From: Eledone cirrhosa
Lineage: Eukaryota
DNA length: 64,000 nt
Assembly: GCA_964016885.1 (NCBI GenBank)
Contig: OZ024741.1
Coordinates: 87,792,001-87,856,000, forward strand
Direction of reading: 5' to 3'
Made by a program: the position numbers and the translations under genes. Numbering within the stretch: position 1 is the stretch's first letter; the number at the start of each line of letters is the position of its first letter. Positions 1 to 15,834 of this stretch are shown here, one piece after another. Below the pieces are notes generated by a model, which saw only the letters and a program-made list of their open reading frames with translations, was not told where the DNA came from and ran no database searches.

Positions 1-268
1 TTCTTACCTATCTGTTCTTTCCGCGTGTAGAGCGTACTTCATCTTCATACTGTATATATGTGTGTGTGTATTTGTGTATATTTATGAGTGTATGTACGTA
101 CGTATTTGTATGAGTCGCCGTACGATTGTATGCGTATGTTTGTGTGTACGTGCGTTTATATGTATTTACGTATATGTGTATGTGTGTGTATCTATATATA
201 TGTATATATATATATATATGTGTGTATGTATATATATATCTATATATATATAAGTTGTAATACATACT

Positions 269-303
<35 letters not shown>

Positions 304-523
304 ATATATATATATATATATATTTGTGTATATATATATATATATATTTGTATGTATGTATGTGCGTATGTATGTATATATGTATGTATATATATATATA
401 TGTGTGTATATGTATGTATGTATGTATGTATATATATATATATTTATTAATTTCTTCTTTATATATATGTATATATACATATATATAAAGAAGAAATTAA
501 AAGATGGTTAAAAAAGTCCCATA

Positions 524-593
524 TATTTTATTATGCGCATTTCGAAAACAACATCATCCTGGGACAAAAATTGTGTTCTCATCAGATAAAATA
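524..593 (-). ncRNA. Type I hammerhead ribozyme, family A
   Basis: Minus strand reads tattttat-CUGAUGA-[stem II gaac...tttc]-GAAA-UGCGCA-UA-ataaaata: perfect 8-bp stem I, palindromic stem III, AUA cleavage triplet. Confidence 0.8.
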
Positions 594-775
594 AGGTAAC
601 ATGATATGAGGCCTAAAAACACTTGTGAACAAGAAAGTGTCCAGTGCTACTTATCTGATATATGCATAGTTTTATTGTTCTACAATATTACTCACTTCCT
701 ACATATACATATATATATATATATAGGTGTGTATGTAGGTGTTTATATATTTTTATATTTTTATATGTATATATA

Positions 776-868
<93 letters not shown>

Positions 869-1001
869 GTATATATATGTGTATATGTATGTATGTATGT
901 ATATATATGTGTATATATATATATATGTATATATATGTGTGTGTATATATATATATATATGTGTGTATATATATATATATGTATATACACACATATGTGT
1001 G

Positions 1002-1037
<36 letters not shown>

Positions 1038-1547
1038 GTGTGTATGTGTTTTTATTTATATATGGGTGAAGGGTAGAAACGTAATCCTGGTATGTGTAAA
1101 TGCATTTTTTCTTCTAACTTTAATTTTATACCTAATTGTGTGTGGTTGACGGTATATTTAATCGATTTCCACATGCTATTGAAATGTTGGGTAAATATTC
1201 TATGGCGGTTGATCGCGAATAAATTGCTGTCGTTTATTTATCTACTATTTCTTCATAGGTGCCTTTTAATCTTATAGCCTGGTTTAATTGTTTTTTTGTG
1301 TGGTTGATTATGCTAATTGGGAGAGGAAATGGTGTATATATATTATCAAATGATTCTATGGACATACTTTATAGTATATTGCTCTGATTATTTAATTTAT
1401 TAATTCATCATTGAGCCACATCGTGAATGGTTGCCAAAACATATATATCTGTGACTTTGTCTAGTTTGTGTATATGTAAATCTTTATATTTGATAATCTC
1501 CCATAAGGTTGAGAGCAATTTGGGCAATATTTGGACATATTTTATAG

Positions 1548-1592
<45 letters not shown>

Positions 1593-1681
1593 ATATGTGT
1601 GTGTACGTGTGTATATATGTATATATATATATATGTGTGTATATATATATGTGTATATATATATATATGTATATATATATG

Positions 1682-2598
<917 letters not shown>

Positions 2599-2881
2599 GT
2601 ATGTGTGTATATATATATGTAGTTTATTATATGAACAGAAAACAGAGAGGCAGTACAGATGATATGGTTTTTAGTTTCACACTTATCCCAATAACTTATT
2701 TTAGTTATTGTTCGCGCTGGGTTGAGGTTTCTGGTCTTTAATGTGAAGAAATACCGATGATGACCAGAAGATCACTGATGACGGATAGTCCTGGTTTCTT
2801 GCTCTATTTTTTAATTCATATGTATCACATTCGCAACAACGCAGCACGCCATTTTCATTCCTATATATATATATGTATGAG

Positions 2882-2930
<49 letters not shown>

Positions 2931-3055
2931 ACATGTGTATATATAAATATATATGTGTGTGTGTGTGTGTGTATGTATATATATGTGCGTACGTGTGTAT
3001 ATATGTATGTATATGTGTACGTTTGAATGTGTGTATGCGTGTGTATGCATGAGAG

Positions 3056-3096
<41 letters not shown>

Positions 3097-3118
3097 TATA
3101 TATATATATATATATACA

Positions 3119-3182
<64 letters not shown>

Positions 3183-3234
3183 TATATATATATATATATA
3201 TATACAGTATATATATATATATATATATATACAG

Positions 3235-3323
<89 letters not shown>

Positions 3324-3325
3324 TA

Positions 3326-3356
<31 letters not shown>

Positions 3357-3369
3357 ATATATATATATA

Positions 3370-3715
3370 TAACGAAGGAGTTGTGGTAACGAACCAGATG
3401 GACCATAACGCACCAGAGTACTCAATACTTAGGGTAGTAGAGTGGGTAATAGGAGAAAGTATGACCCCGACGGCATAGCTCAAATCGTTTCGACGACTAT
3501 TTCTGGACTAAAGAAACTTGAGCTGGATGGAAAAGTCAGGATATGGCGTGGTAGAGTCGGAAAGTGCTTTACAACTGGGGTAGGCGCTAGATAACGAATG
3601 AGTTGTGGTAAAGAACCAGATGGACCATAACGCCCAGAGTACTCAATACTTATGATAGTAAAGTGGGTAATAGGAGAAAGTATGACCCCGACGGCAGAGC
3701 TCAAGCCGTTTCGAC
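3370..3715 (-). repeat. Two tandem partial copies of a PLE-end-like repeat (3' half of HHR family D)
   Basis: 3370-3500 and 3590-3715 resemble each other and the reverse complement of 15170-15300. Confidence 0.7.
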
Positions 3716-4308
3716 ATATATATATATATGTGCGTATGTATGTACACATATTTGTATGTATGTGTATATATATGTGTATATATTTGTATATGTGTATGTG
3801 TGTATGTACCGTTATGTATGTTTGTTGTGTATGTGCCTGCCTGTGCGCGCGTGCGTGTATGTTTGTGTACGTGTGTAAGTGCGCGAGTGTGTGAATGTGA
3901 TTGTCGACACCTGGAATATATATTAAGAGAAACTTCACAATAAGGGGAATCACCCCAACACTTGAATCTGTTGATGGAACCCTCTCTGCCTTTGTCACCC
4001 TTATTCCAGCCTTAAAGAATTAGCTTCTAAAGAATTCCCCTTTTCTTTAAACCATTGAACCCCACCCATCCTGTAGACACCTGTCTTACGGGCATTGTTA
4101 GTTTAAGTGATAAACTAGGATTGGTATTCCAAATATGATTTTGTTTACAGTATTCTTCCTGCCTTTGTTAATACTTTAAAGAATTAGCTTTTAATGAACT
4201 CCCTTTTCTTTAAATCCTTCAACCAATGACCTCCACTCATCCTAATCCCCACCCTCTCCTACCACCAGAAAAGAAAAGATATAAATACCACTACTTACTT
4301 GGACAGCC

Positions 4309-4359
4309 AGCTCCCTGATGATTTCTCACGAATGAAACAGTTCTAGTCCTGTAGAAGCT
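4309..4359 (+). ncRNA. Type I hammerhead ribozyme, family C
   Basis: agctcc-CUGAUGA-tttc tcac gaat-GAAA-cag ttctagtc ctg-UA-gaagct; stem I 5/6 pairs, GUA triplet; a related fold-back fragment lies at 17579-17640. Confidence 0.7.
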
Positions 4360-4481
4360 CTTCTATATTAAAACTTTTATACTCTGCTATGTATTGAGTA
4401 CCTTACTTACTGTTGTTACCTCCGATTCAACCCGGAATAACTTATCTATATATGTGTATAGATATATATATACATATATAC

Positions 4482-4582
<101 letters not shown>

Positions 4583-5062
4583 TATGTATATAAATACAAT
4601 GGTTTTCTAATAATCGATGCTCTCGTTGGAAGCCCTATGTTCTTTGAATGGGTTACTGAAAAATCTTCGATTTTACGTTTAGTTTCAATTATAACTAACG
4701 CCTGCTGTTTCTATAATTCAATATTTCTAGATGTTTAATATTTTCATTTTCAGGGCCTTTGTATTTTGCAGAGACTTTCTAACTTCATTTGCTGAATTGC
4801 TACTACCCGCTGAGCAAACTATGTCAATCAGTATGTATATTAAATTGAATATCTTACTTCCTACACTAACAAGTTGTTTTTCTTCTCTATGTATTTTCAT
4901 ATCTCTTACAAACGCTATTTTTATTTTTATTATCTGTTCTATTCGAGTTCAATGAATTACGAATCGTTAAAACTTTTATTTATTGAACTGTTTGTTTTTT
5001 TTCCAATGGCAAAAATAAGTTCCACACATTTATGTCCTTCGATTTATTTTGTAGCTAAAATA

Positions 5063-5410
5063 GGTGGACGCAGCAGAGCCGAATAGTTAAGAAGTTCGCC
5101 TTGCAATCATTAGGTTTGATTCCACCGTATAATCATCTTTTATCATTGTCTCGGGGAGTCAACGTATGCCATGTGAGTGGAATTGACTAAACGGAAACCG
5201 TTTGGATATTCATTAGAATGATGGATATTACCTGTAATTCAAACGTCTAACCTTGTCACACATTATATCACGCTGAACTTCCCAAAGAATTACGTTATGG
5301 GTACACGTGTTTGTGGAATGCTCAGCTATTTACACGTTAATTTTCTAAACAGGCTGTTCCGTTGATCGAACAACTGGATCACTCTTCATCGAAACCAATG
5401 GAGATCCATT
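5063..5410 (+). mobile_element. Degenerate tRNA-derived SINE
   Basis: A-box-like agccgaatagttaag and B-box-like ggtttgattcc, followed by a SINE-type body. Confidence 0.5.
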
Positions 5411-6188
5411 CCATTCCAGCTAAAATATGTAAACTTAATCATTTTCTAAATCTGGTTACGTATGATTCACCCAGGATTGATATTATGTTTAAGAATATAT
5501 TATTGGTAATCTTTGCATTCTTCGTTGAGTCCTGAACTCCGGGTGGAGTCGTAACAGCGTCGTAATAACATTTTAAACCCGGCGGAGTCCATTCCTCTCC
5601 ATGCCTGAACACTTCCAATTTCTTCTAGAGAAAATGATAGTGAGACATCGTGTGTGTGTGTATGAGAGAGAGGGGGGAGAGGGGGAGATGAATCGACCTC
5701 AGTATTAAACTGGATAGAAGGTAAAGTTGGCCTCAATGAGATTTGCACCACGGAGCGTAGAAATTCCGAACAAATACTGTAAGACATTCTATCTGACGAT
5801 TCCGCCAATTCACTGCATTGTTTTAGGTCATACATAGCAGGTATACGTTGGTTCTTAGCACTAGTTACCATGTTTTTTAGTTGTTCATTCAGTTGTTGCT
5901 GTTTAACTCAAGGTTGGATCTGATTCAGCAGACCAATTTATAACCAAACTACGATATTTTTCACAAATACATCCCCCGGATAATGATATCTTTTTTATTC
6001 AGATATGCTTTATCGAGAACTAACATTATCCAATGTGTCCTTCTAGTAGGGTGTGATTTATGTGAGATTTGTTTTATGTTTTTAACAGGTTCAGTAGTCA
6101 AGTTGAGGTTTCGGGTTCAGTCTCACTGACATCTATAACCTCAGGTCGACTAGTGCCTTGTAAGCGGTCACTATATTGAAGCACGTCA

Positions 6189-6269
<81 letters not shown>

Positions 6270-7129
6270 CTCTCTCTCTATATATATATATATATAGTTG
6301 ACGGACGATAGAAAAGAGTACTCGATACTGCTTCTTAGAAAAATTATTGGAGGAAAGTTTTTATATGCTTATACTTTCCGTGACTATGTCAAGACTTACC
6401 ACATTGTAAACCCTTTCGTTACCATATTTCTAATGAAACACACTGCCTATGACCTTCAAATAATTGTTTTAATAATCAAGGATTTGGAGAACTTTCTATT
6501 ATTAATTTGGTATTTGGAACATAATTTAAAGGTTCTTACATAAAATTATTATGGAAGGCATTTAAAAAAAAATAAATATAAACATTTTAAAACAAACAAC
6601 TTTGTATCATAGAACCAGGATCGGTTTTCGAGGGTTTTGGTATCTAAAATGTTAAAATATTTGAACCCAAAACAAAACTCTGGTTCATTTAGTAAAACAC
6701 GAATCAAATCGTGGATTTCGAATAACGCTCTTTTGTATTTATGTGTATAGCAGATTATTTTTCAAAACCGTTTGTGTTTCTCATGCAAAATCAGATTAAA
6801 TGTTATTTGCCAATAATATATATTAGATTCTACTGCTAGTATTGCTGACTAGATTCTATTGGTGTTTATAGATAATGTATTTTGTCGTTCAAATACATGT
6901 AATATATATTGTGTTATTTTCTAATTCTGAATTGTTTACAACATATTACAGTATATTGTTGCTTAAGTTAAAATCTCTATATTATGTATGTATACATGTA
7001 TGTATGTATACATGTGTGTGTGTATGTATGTATGTATGTATGTATGTATGTATGTATGTATGTATGTATGTATGTATGTATGTATGTATGTATGTACGTA
7101 TGTATGTATATATGTATGTATGTATTATA

Positions 7130-7785
7130 TCAGTGTCAGGTCACCAGTTGGTGTCAGGTCACCAGTTGGTGCTATTGGTGTCAGGTCACCAGTTGGTGCT
7201 ATTGGTAACATGTATCCCAGTACAACCTGTCTCATGGTCGGGTCGTTGGCGACTAAACTGGCAACCCCACCAAGGTTTCTTGGTGAGGAGGGTGGCTTTG
7301 GACATCCTGCAGGACTAAAAACAAAACCTGTCAAAAGGCAAAGGGGCTCTTAAGAGTCAATAGCCATCCAAAATCACCGGGAGAGATGACCCCTTAGCCT
7401 TTGTCAAGGCAGAATTCTAGGAGAAGGAAAACTCTGATATAACACCTGCAACCCTGATGGTATCCAATGATGTTGAATTGTTCTTTTTGGTAAATATCAT
7501 CTTGGTTAAGAGAGTGGGACTGGCTTTGTGCAGTGCCTTTGCTCACTATAAAAGCTTCACAGCACAGGCATTGCTTTATATCTGGAGATCTCTCTGCACT
7601 TGTCGTCACATGGTACCATGGGCCCAGCACTATGTGTCAATAATTGTCACAAGTGTAGTGTTTGTACCAGAGTTTTCAAGTCGCTGGCTGGACTAAAAAG
7701 TCACACTCGTTCAGCGCATTGGTAGGGGTTCTCCTACATGGATATAAAGTAGTGGCCGTACTCGAAAACGAGTTGGCAGCCACCA
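7130..7785 (+). mobile_element. Non-autonomous RTE-type retroposon
   Basis: 5' part (7200-7370) recurs inverted at 30383-30556 and 41050-41222; the 3' part encodes a C2H2-like CSVCTRVFKSLAGLKSHTRSAH typical of RTE C-termini. Confidence 0.55.
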
Positions 7786-7949
7786 TGTATTATATATATA
7801 TGTATGTATGTACGTATATATGTATATACGTATATATTTATGTACGTATGTCAGTGTATGTATGATGTATGTGTATGTATGTATGATGTATGTGTGCGCG
7901 TGTATGTATGATGTATGTATATATGTATGTATGTATGTATGTATATTAT

Positions 7950-10900
7950 GGTTTTATAATTTCACAAATGTTTGCCAATAGATAGAGAGTCGGTTTCTAA
8001 CATAGACACAAGACTCTCTCATTGGAATTTACACATCAACTAGGTAGATATATCTGCATGTCTGCATGCATGCATGTATGTGCAGGTATAGATGTGTATG
8101 TTTTGAGTTGTATGTGTGCATGTGCATATGCTTTGTATCTTTACAAGTGTACATGTAGTTATTAGATGCAGAATTTTAGGAATATTTTACATATTGTTAC
8201 TGTTCCATTAATGGATTGTACTTGTAATTTCCTAATTAGTCGTGTTCTTTCTGTTTCTGTGAAGCTCAGCTTCTCAAGATTTGTACTGAGGCAGTTACTC
8301 CCAGTGCCCCAATAATCACAGGCATAAATCTGAAGGTATAGTCAGGGTGGGCTATCTGCAGATTACTCATTAGTTCTGCGTAGATATTCTCCTTTTCGCT
8401 AATCTTTAATATTATAATGGCATCTGCTGAGCAGCTAATTTCCACTACTGTGCATGTCTTCTTTTCCCTATCCCCTATCATTATATCTGGTCTGTTATGC
8501 TTGCATCTTATTGAGGTTTTTACTGGAACATTCCACCAGTACTCTTTCATATTATGTACATGGATGTCTTCCACAATGCTGTAGCTTTTAATGTGTTTAT
8601 TGTCAGGGCTATCTTTTCTACGGATTGCATTGTACAGTGTTTTGGCCACTACATCATGCCTCATAGGTAGATAATACCGCGATGACATCTTTGGACAGCT
8701 GCTTATGACATGGGTGACATCTTCGATGTTAATTCTGCAGAGTCTGCACTTGTTGTCACATTTAGGTGTTTTGCCAGCATCCCTATCTTTTTTGTGAATC
8801 AGGTATTTTGTGTTGATTTCCTGTTCTTGGATTGCAAAAGCATATCCTTCAAAGTGGGAGCCAATATAGCGGTTTTTGGTCCAAGATAGACTACTTTGTT
8901 TATCTATATTACTCTCGCTCTGGAGCTTCCTGGCAACATATCCTTGCATGATGTTTTTGCTGATAAGCATGCAGTATTTCATCCGTGGATTCACTGTGGT
9001 ACTGCTGGACAATTTCCCTGGGTGTGAGTTTTTGATTATCATGCAGGGACTATCTTTCAAGGAACTCCTTCCCAACTCTCATGATCTCATCTGTCTCATG
9101 CAGACAGACTTGCTCAATAGATGTGCTCCTATGCTTGGAGATTCGTAAATGTTGTCGGAGGGATATGAAGCGACACTCAAATGCTGTCTGGATCGATGTT
9201 AGTCCTCTGCTTCCCTGCTTACGTTTCATGTAGAGCTGATCTATGTCACTGTTGATGTGGAAGTTTCCGGTGTTGTTTAGAATGTTTCAAGTTCTAACAT
9301 CAATTGCTCGGATTTAATCTATCATCCAATCGAGTATTCCAAACGTTGGTGTTAGGACAGGCACAGCAAACACATTGTGAACCACTGTTTTATTGTGCAC
9401 GATGACCACATTTTTCTTAATCGGGTGTAATATTCCCTGGTTACGCGTTCCTTATTACAAATACCATTATAGGGCGGTGAATTGGCAGTATCGGTAGAGG
9501 GTTGGACACCATGCTTTCCAGCATAGTTACGTCCCTTTACAGTCTGAGTTCAAATCCCGCCGAGGTTAACTTTGCCTTTCATCCTTACGGGGTCGATAAA
9601 ATAAAGTACCAGTAATGTACTGGGTAATTGCTGGCCTTGTGCCAAATGTAGAAACAATTATAGGATATGTTCTCATCTATCCCCAGGTATCTGTAGCAGT
9701 CCTCGTCAGATATCGGTGAAACAGTTATGCCATTGATAAAAATGTTGCTAGATTGGGTTGTAGTTTTTCCCCGCTTTACAATCATATATGAACATTTATC
9801 TTGGCCAAACCCCATTCCTATATCCTGTGAGAATGTTGTAACCAGGTCAAGATTTTTCTTCATCCCATTTATGTTCTTGGCATAGAGTTTCATGTCATCC
9901 ACAAATATATTATGATTTAACTTCGTATTTCTGTCCCCCCGTGAGCCAATGATGTATCCACATTTCTTAAGCAGAAAGGAAAAGGGGTTTAATGACAGGA
10001 TAAATAGTAGTACAGAGAGACTGTCTCCTTGAAATACAGCCCTGTGATATTCTAATTTATCAGTGAAAATAGAGTAACTTTAGGAGAGTAGCCCAAGAAG
10101 AAGACAGCTTCTCTATGGCTTTGATAATAATGCCTGGCACTTTAGCAAGTCGGAGGGCCTCTATCATCTAAGAGTGGGGAACTGAATCAAATGCTTTCCT
10201 GTAGTCCATCCAAACTGTAGCCATATTCCTCCTAAGTTGTCGCACCTCCGACATCGCAGTTTTGTTAATTAGGAATTGTTCAGCACACCACCAAATACCT
10301 TTCTTTCCTGCTGCATGTTCATATGTGATGATGTTATTATTTTCACAGTGATCTTGAAGAAATAGGTTCAGGCAGGCTGTATACATCTTATACATCAGGT
10401 TCTGGTATGCAATGTGTCGGTAGTTTTTTTGCCAAGTGGGTGTCTTTGTTCTTGGGGACCAGTATTGTTTGTGCTAATGTCAACCATTCTGGTATATGTG
10501 TATCTCCCTTGACAGCTTGTTGGTAGAGGTCGATAAAATACATCCCAGAATATCGGGGGTTTTTTTATACCAGTAGCTGACAATCATGTCTCTTCGTGGT
10601 GTTTTCTTATCTTGGAATTTTCCTATCATAGTCTCAAAGTTATCCTCGTTTATTTCGTATGTTTTTGTTGTAGAGTAGGAGCAATAGTTCTTTTGGATTT
10701 CTTTTAGCCACATTGCATCTTGGTTGAAAATCTTTTCACCCCATATTTTTCTCCAGAAGGAATCTATGTCTTTCTGGGCTGGGGCATGAGTGACATTTAT
10801 TACTTTGCCCTTCATATCTCTATAGACTGATGTTTGGTTTCGTCTGAATCTCTTATTATGTACTTTTCTTTCATCTACCCTCTTCAGGTATCGGCGTTTC

Positions 10901-12180
10901 TCGCTGACAGCTCTCAATTCTTGTTTGAGGGAGATCAGCTTATATTGAAGAGTTCTGGTTGTACTGTCACAAAACATCGTTTCTATTTTATTTTTCACTC
11001 TTTGTTAGTGAGGAGTGAATTTTTTTTCTTTTTATTTGCATGTAAGGAGCATTGTCACATATCCTATGGTTTTTCGTAGGTCAGCAATCTTTTTTTCTAT
11101 TTTAGTTATATATTATGGTATTTTTTGTGATGTTTTGTTCTTGTTAATATCTCTGCTATCACCAAGATAATGCTTCACTGTCGTTGCTAGGGAATATATA
11201 CAGGCGTTGATTTGCCAAAATGTGGGGTTTTAAATCGTCGTAAATTCATCCCCTATTTCGTCAAAAACACGTAAGATTTCATTATTTGGTTTTATTTCAT
11301 TTAGTATTGTTGTTTTATTACGCCCAGTAAGAGAAATATTTATGCATAAATTAATTTCTCTCTGGAAGATTTCATTGAGGGAAAATTTCAATTGCTTATA
11401 CTTTTGATTATTATCATCGATAGTGTTTTCCACAACAGTCGAGACAGACTCAGATGGTACACGTGGTGTCAAATTTCTTACAGGCATAGTTGTTTCGAGG
11501 CACCGTTCGGCCTGGCTGCTAGAAAATCTAGTAGCATGGTGACCTGTAGCACGTGTTTGTTCTGGGGGACTTATAATTAATAATATTTATGTTATTTTTA
11601 CGTTCAACAAGCGTCGCTTATTGGCGCAATTGTTTGGCTGTGAAGTGATTTAGCTCTGGATGTAATTTGTCCCAGTGTAGCTGTATTCTGTTCACATATC
11701 TAACGAAGGATTTTTTTCTCTCGCCATTTTATAACAATTAACTATATCATCATAAAGTTCGCAACCCCAAGAGAAATGCGATTTATAATTTCGGTTTCTT
11801 CTGTACCTACAACTGAATAAATTTTGTTTACCTTCCTCACTGGTTTTCTTCGGTAAATAGTTTTCGTTCCTTGTGTTCGGTAAATTGTTATTGTTGATGT
11901 TCTGTCCGGCCATGCTGTTTGTAGCAAATCCTTGTAAAATGAATTATGTATTTAGTCGGATATATCTACGAATTTGAATAAAATGTGTCTTCAGTGGATA
12001 TAGTTAGAAGAATATCCAGTTATTCAACACGACTGGTAGTTGTGGCATTACTGTTGGAGATAGTATTCATCCTAAATTTAATGGATAGTCTCCCACACCA
12101 AAATGTGCTATTGATCGCGTTAACTGTTTTAGCAAATTAACTATAACCAGCTATGCCAGTAGCTGTGTGAAAACTATTAT
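7950..12180 (-). mobile_element. Near full-length degraded RLE-type non-LTR retrotransposon (R4/Dong-like)
   Basis: Fragmented ORFs with RT motifs (WMDYRKAFDSVPH, xDDMKLYA, YRYLGI), zinc knuckle CRLC..EDVTHVISSC, RHD and restriction-like endonuclease HNRPDI..VVEISC; multiple frameshifts. Confidence 0.88.
9471..9661 (+). mobile_element. tRNA-derived SINE (Meta-core-like) inserted in the LINE
   Basis: B box gagttcaaatcc, core gcctttcatccttacggggtcgataaaataaagtaccag; TSD attatagg at 9466-9473 and 9657-9664. Confidence 0.9.
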
Positions 12181-12189
12181 CTCATAAAT

Positions 12190-12465
12190 ACACATATATA
12201 CACCAGGTCCGAACAGAAAAGAACCAAACTCGCTCTGTCACTGTCTCCGTCTCTCCCGTTCTCTCCCATCTCTCACTATTATAAGCAAATGGGGGCCCAC
12301 GCGCTAGCCACGCAGCGCCCGCGGACAGAATAGAGAAAGCGTTTCTTCGGAGGATGGGGAGGGAGACGCGCTGGAAGAGCCATTTCCGCTCGCGAGGCTC
12401 ACACCTGCGGGTAACCAACTCCGTACCGATGGTGGTGAGTAGGGAGGTGGTCCTAGGGCCTTATG
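12190..12465 (-). mobile_element. CRE-clade retrotransposon 3' fragment
   Basis: EPRERKWLFQRVSLPILRRNAFSILSAG matches the CRE C-terminal motif. Confidence 0.65.
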
Positions 12466-13109
12466 ATTGAAATTCTCAGTTTTAACTTGTTAAACCTTGT
12501 ATTTATTTATTAATGAAAATTAAAATGATCTTAGTCATGAAGTCTTCATTTCTCAGTGAATTCCTACATTAAACTTATAAGTAAGCACCCACCCTGGTGA
12601 GGGCACGTGGATTATGCTTTGGGTAAAGGATTGCGATTATAAGTTCTATATTACGAATCTTGGGTTGTCTGGGCAATGAAAGTTCGAAAAAGACGCTTCA
12701 TTTCGCGTTGTTTTACGTGATAAGTCTGGGGCCTTTATTATTAAAACATCTGAACCTTATACGATATAAAATATCATAGGAGAACAGTAAACTTAATTCC
12801 AAATAAGAACGCTGTAACAGCTGACTGTTATTTCTAGCATACTATGTTTTGGTAACTGATTGTTTGGACAATATTAAACGCTGTGTCAACTAGAAACGTA
12901 TCTTCAAATGTTCTCCTTAGACTGTTGACTCTTTTTAATTTATTTAAAAAATATTTTAACTATGTAGATACACAATAACTAATTACCTATATTGAGAGAG
13001 AGACGGGGAGAGAATAAATTATGTATATAATGAGTTGGAGAGGAAAAGAGTTAATATTAGATATTTATACTTTATTACTAATCATACTTATGTTAGTAAA
13101 TCTAATCCA

Positions 13110-14622
13110 CATACCACCACCATAAATGAAATTAAAGATCAGTCTGCCTCGTGGTCCCACCGACAGGAGGGAGAAGACATTGTCTCGGAGGACGGCGAGC
13201 GAGACGCGTAGACAGCCACTCCGCCTCACGGAGCTCTTACCTGCGGGCAGCCAACTCTGCTCCGATGGCAGTCAGCAGGAATGTGGTCCTGGGGGCCAAG
13301 AACACCGGAAGTCTCCACTGTCACAGGCTCAACGACAAACCTATCAGAGAGCGGCCGATACTTGGACAGTTTGCTCTCTTCGACTTGACGGGCAGTGAGG
13401 TCTGGGCTGGTAGCCGAACGCACCAGGTTGCCGCTAGAGAAGGTGTCACAGCATGTAGCACCCAGATGAGGGCCCAATCCACACGGAACAGGAATATTGT
13501 CATGCCGTCTGGTCTTTTGCCGTCCCCTCGGTCGAACCTCGCTGGCTCGAGCTGGGAAGGGGAACCTGTTCCGAAAGAATCCACAGTGGAATTGCAGTAG
13601 CATTTCTGAGGCTCACAGATCCGGAGGCCAAGCCTCAGGGTAACACCGACGTCTGATGTCATGATGCACTGGTAACCCAGTCTGTCTGAGGTCATGATGC
13701 ACTGGATGGCTTCCCATTTGATTTGGGGTGACTGGACGCCTACGGAAGAGTAGGGAGATGAACGTCCGCAAGACGGAAGCCGAGCTGGTTCCATGTCGCG
13801 TAGGCCGCCTCGTCCTCCCCGATCACAGTAGGTTCACTTGTGTTGTGGAGATCACAGTTAAAGAGGACACAGCAAGAGGACACCGACGAAAGAAAAGTCG
13901 GCATGGCCTGTGAGATTAGAGATTGGAGACTAAGGCCGCCATATCTGACGAATAAGGTAGTCCGTTGCCATCCGGTGTCATCAAACCAGACGTTGCATAT
14001 TTCTTCAGCAGCCCAAAGAGCCCTACGAAAGGTATATAAGAGCTTCGGCATAGCAAATAAGTTCCTTAACAGAAAGAGTGCCGGGTGGGCATCGATCAGG
14101 TTCAGTCTGCTCGTCAAAGTTTCTAGCTAGTGAAGCCTGGGCCTGAGAATAGAGCGAAAGGCTGGCTGGAGGATCGGCGAACCGAGGTTGAGGACATATT
14201 CTTTATACATCACCTGCACCTGATGAAGTAATGATCGCACATCTGAGACGGACGGACGCTACGAAGCCGTCTGCGTTGTAATTGATGTTTACGACCTCAT
14301 GAGTTGATCTCGACGCCGTTCCTCGCCAGAGCGGAAACCACTGATCGGGAATCATGATAGACACTCTCTGCAGGCCCGCCTATCAGGCACCAGACGTTGA
14401 GAGGGGCGGTGCTGCTCCGAGCAAAGCTGTCTACCCCGAGAGCTTAGAGGAGGGGCCCAATATATCACCCTGATGGACGCCGGTTGAAGGTGGTATGACC
14501 TTGTCCGCAGTGAAGAGCATGCCCGGAGACCTGCATGACAGGTAGGCCAGTGGCTTGGCAGACGAGGAAGAGCCGAGGCAAGCCTCAAGCAAGTGGTCGC
14601 GGCGCAGACTGTTGACGGCAGT

Positions 14623-14625
<3 letters not shown>
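13110..14625 (-). mobile_element. Degraded CRE-clade non-LTR retrotransposon
   Basis: LLRNLFAMPKLLY, YGGLSL, LRLGLRICEPQKCYC, DGKRPDGMT, ETSGVLGP (RT C-terminus, zinc knuckle, RLE). Confidence 0.82.
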
Positions 14626-14702
<77 letters not shown>

Positions 14703-14723
14703 TTATATATATATATATATATG

Positions 14724-15045
14724 TGAAGGCGCATATTTTAGGGGTTAGAGCATTAGGCCTGCAATCGGAAGGAGGTTGTGAGTTTAATTCTCGGACCGGG
14801 TGATGCATTGTGTCCTTCAGTAAGACACTTTATTTCATGTTGCTCCAGTTTACTCGGCTGTAGAAATGAGTTGTGACGTCACTGGTACCAAGCTGTATCG
14901 GCCATAGCCTTCCCCTTGGACATCATCGATGGCGTGGAGAGGGGAGGCTGGTATGCATGGGCGACTGCTGGTCTTCCTCAAACAATTTTGCCCGGACTTG
15001 TGCCTCGGAGGAAAACTTTCTAGGTGCAAATCCCATGGTCATTCT
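14724..15045 (+). mobile_element. tRNA-derived SINE, second family
   Basis: tRNA-like head (ggttagagc...gtgagtttaattc) followed by gtgtccttcagtaagacactt core. Confidence 0.6.
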
Positions 15046-15108
15046 AAGGAGTGTGGATAACTACAACCTTCAGAAATGCCTGATTATCGCATGCCCATAT
15101 ATGGAATT

Positions 15109-15203
15109 ACACCTTGAAGAGTTCGGCTATATCAACACCACGCTATAAATTTAATTTAGTCCAGAAATAGCCGTCGAAACGGCTTGAGCTCTGCCGTCGG
15201 GGT
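15109..15203 (+). ncRNA. Type I hammerhead-like motif, family D (core C3 mutated)
   Basis: acacc-UUGAAGA-g..cggctat[long loop]atagccg..c-GAAA-cggc ttgagctct gccg-UC-ggggt; GUC triplet. Confidence 0.6.
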
Positions 15204-15298
15204 CCTGACTATTTTCCCATTACCCACTCTACTACCCAAAGTATCGAGTATTCTGGTGCGTTGTGGTCCACCTGATTCCTTACCACACACTTCCTTCG

Positions 15299-15407
<109 letters not shown>

Positions 15408-15440
15408 GTTAAAAGAATAGAGGTGTAACACACAAGTTAT

Positions 15441-15834
15441 TATATATTGGTAAACGGAATAGAAAATGCTGACAAATTGTTCACAGTTGAAAAATGGTTT
15501 AATTAGGAATAAAAGAGTATTAGTGATTGTATGGGTTAGTATTCAGTTGTGGTTTTAAGTTTTTAAGTTTTTACCGGTTGCGCATTTCTAAATGCTTTTC
15601 AAAAATAATTTTGAGATAGAGTGTCCGTGCTGTTTGCTCCGATCAGAGCAAACAGCACGGACACTCTATCTCAAAATTATTTTTGAAAAGCATTTAGAAA
15701 TGCGCAACCGGTAAAAACTTAAAAACTTAAAACCACAACTGAATACTAACCCATACAATCACTAATACTCTTTTATTCCTAATTAAACCATTTTTCAACT
15801 GTGAACAATTTGTCAGCATTTTCTATTCCGTTTA

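Noticed and set aside
9471-9570. tRNA genes
   Set aside because: A/B boxes belong to SINE heads; no complete cloverleaf
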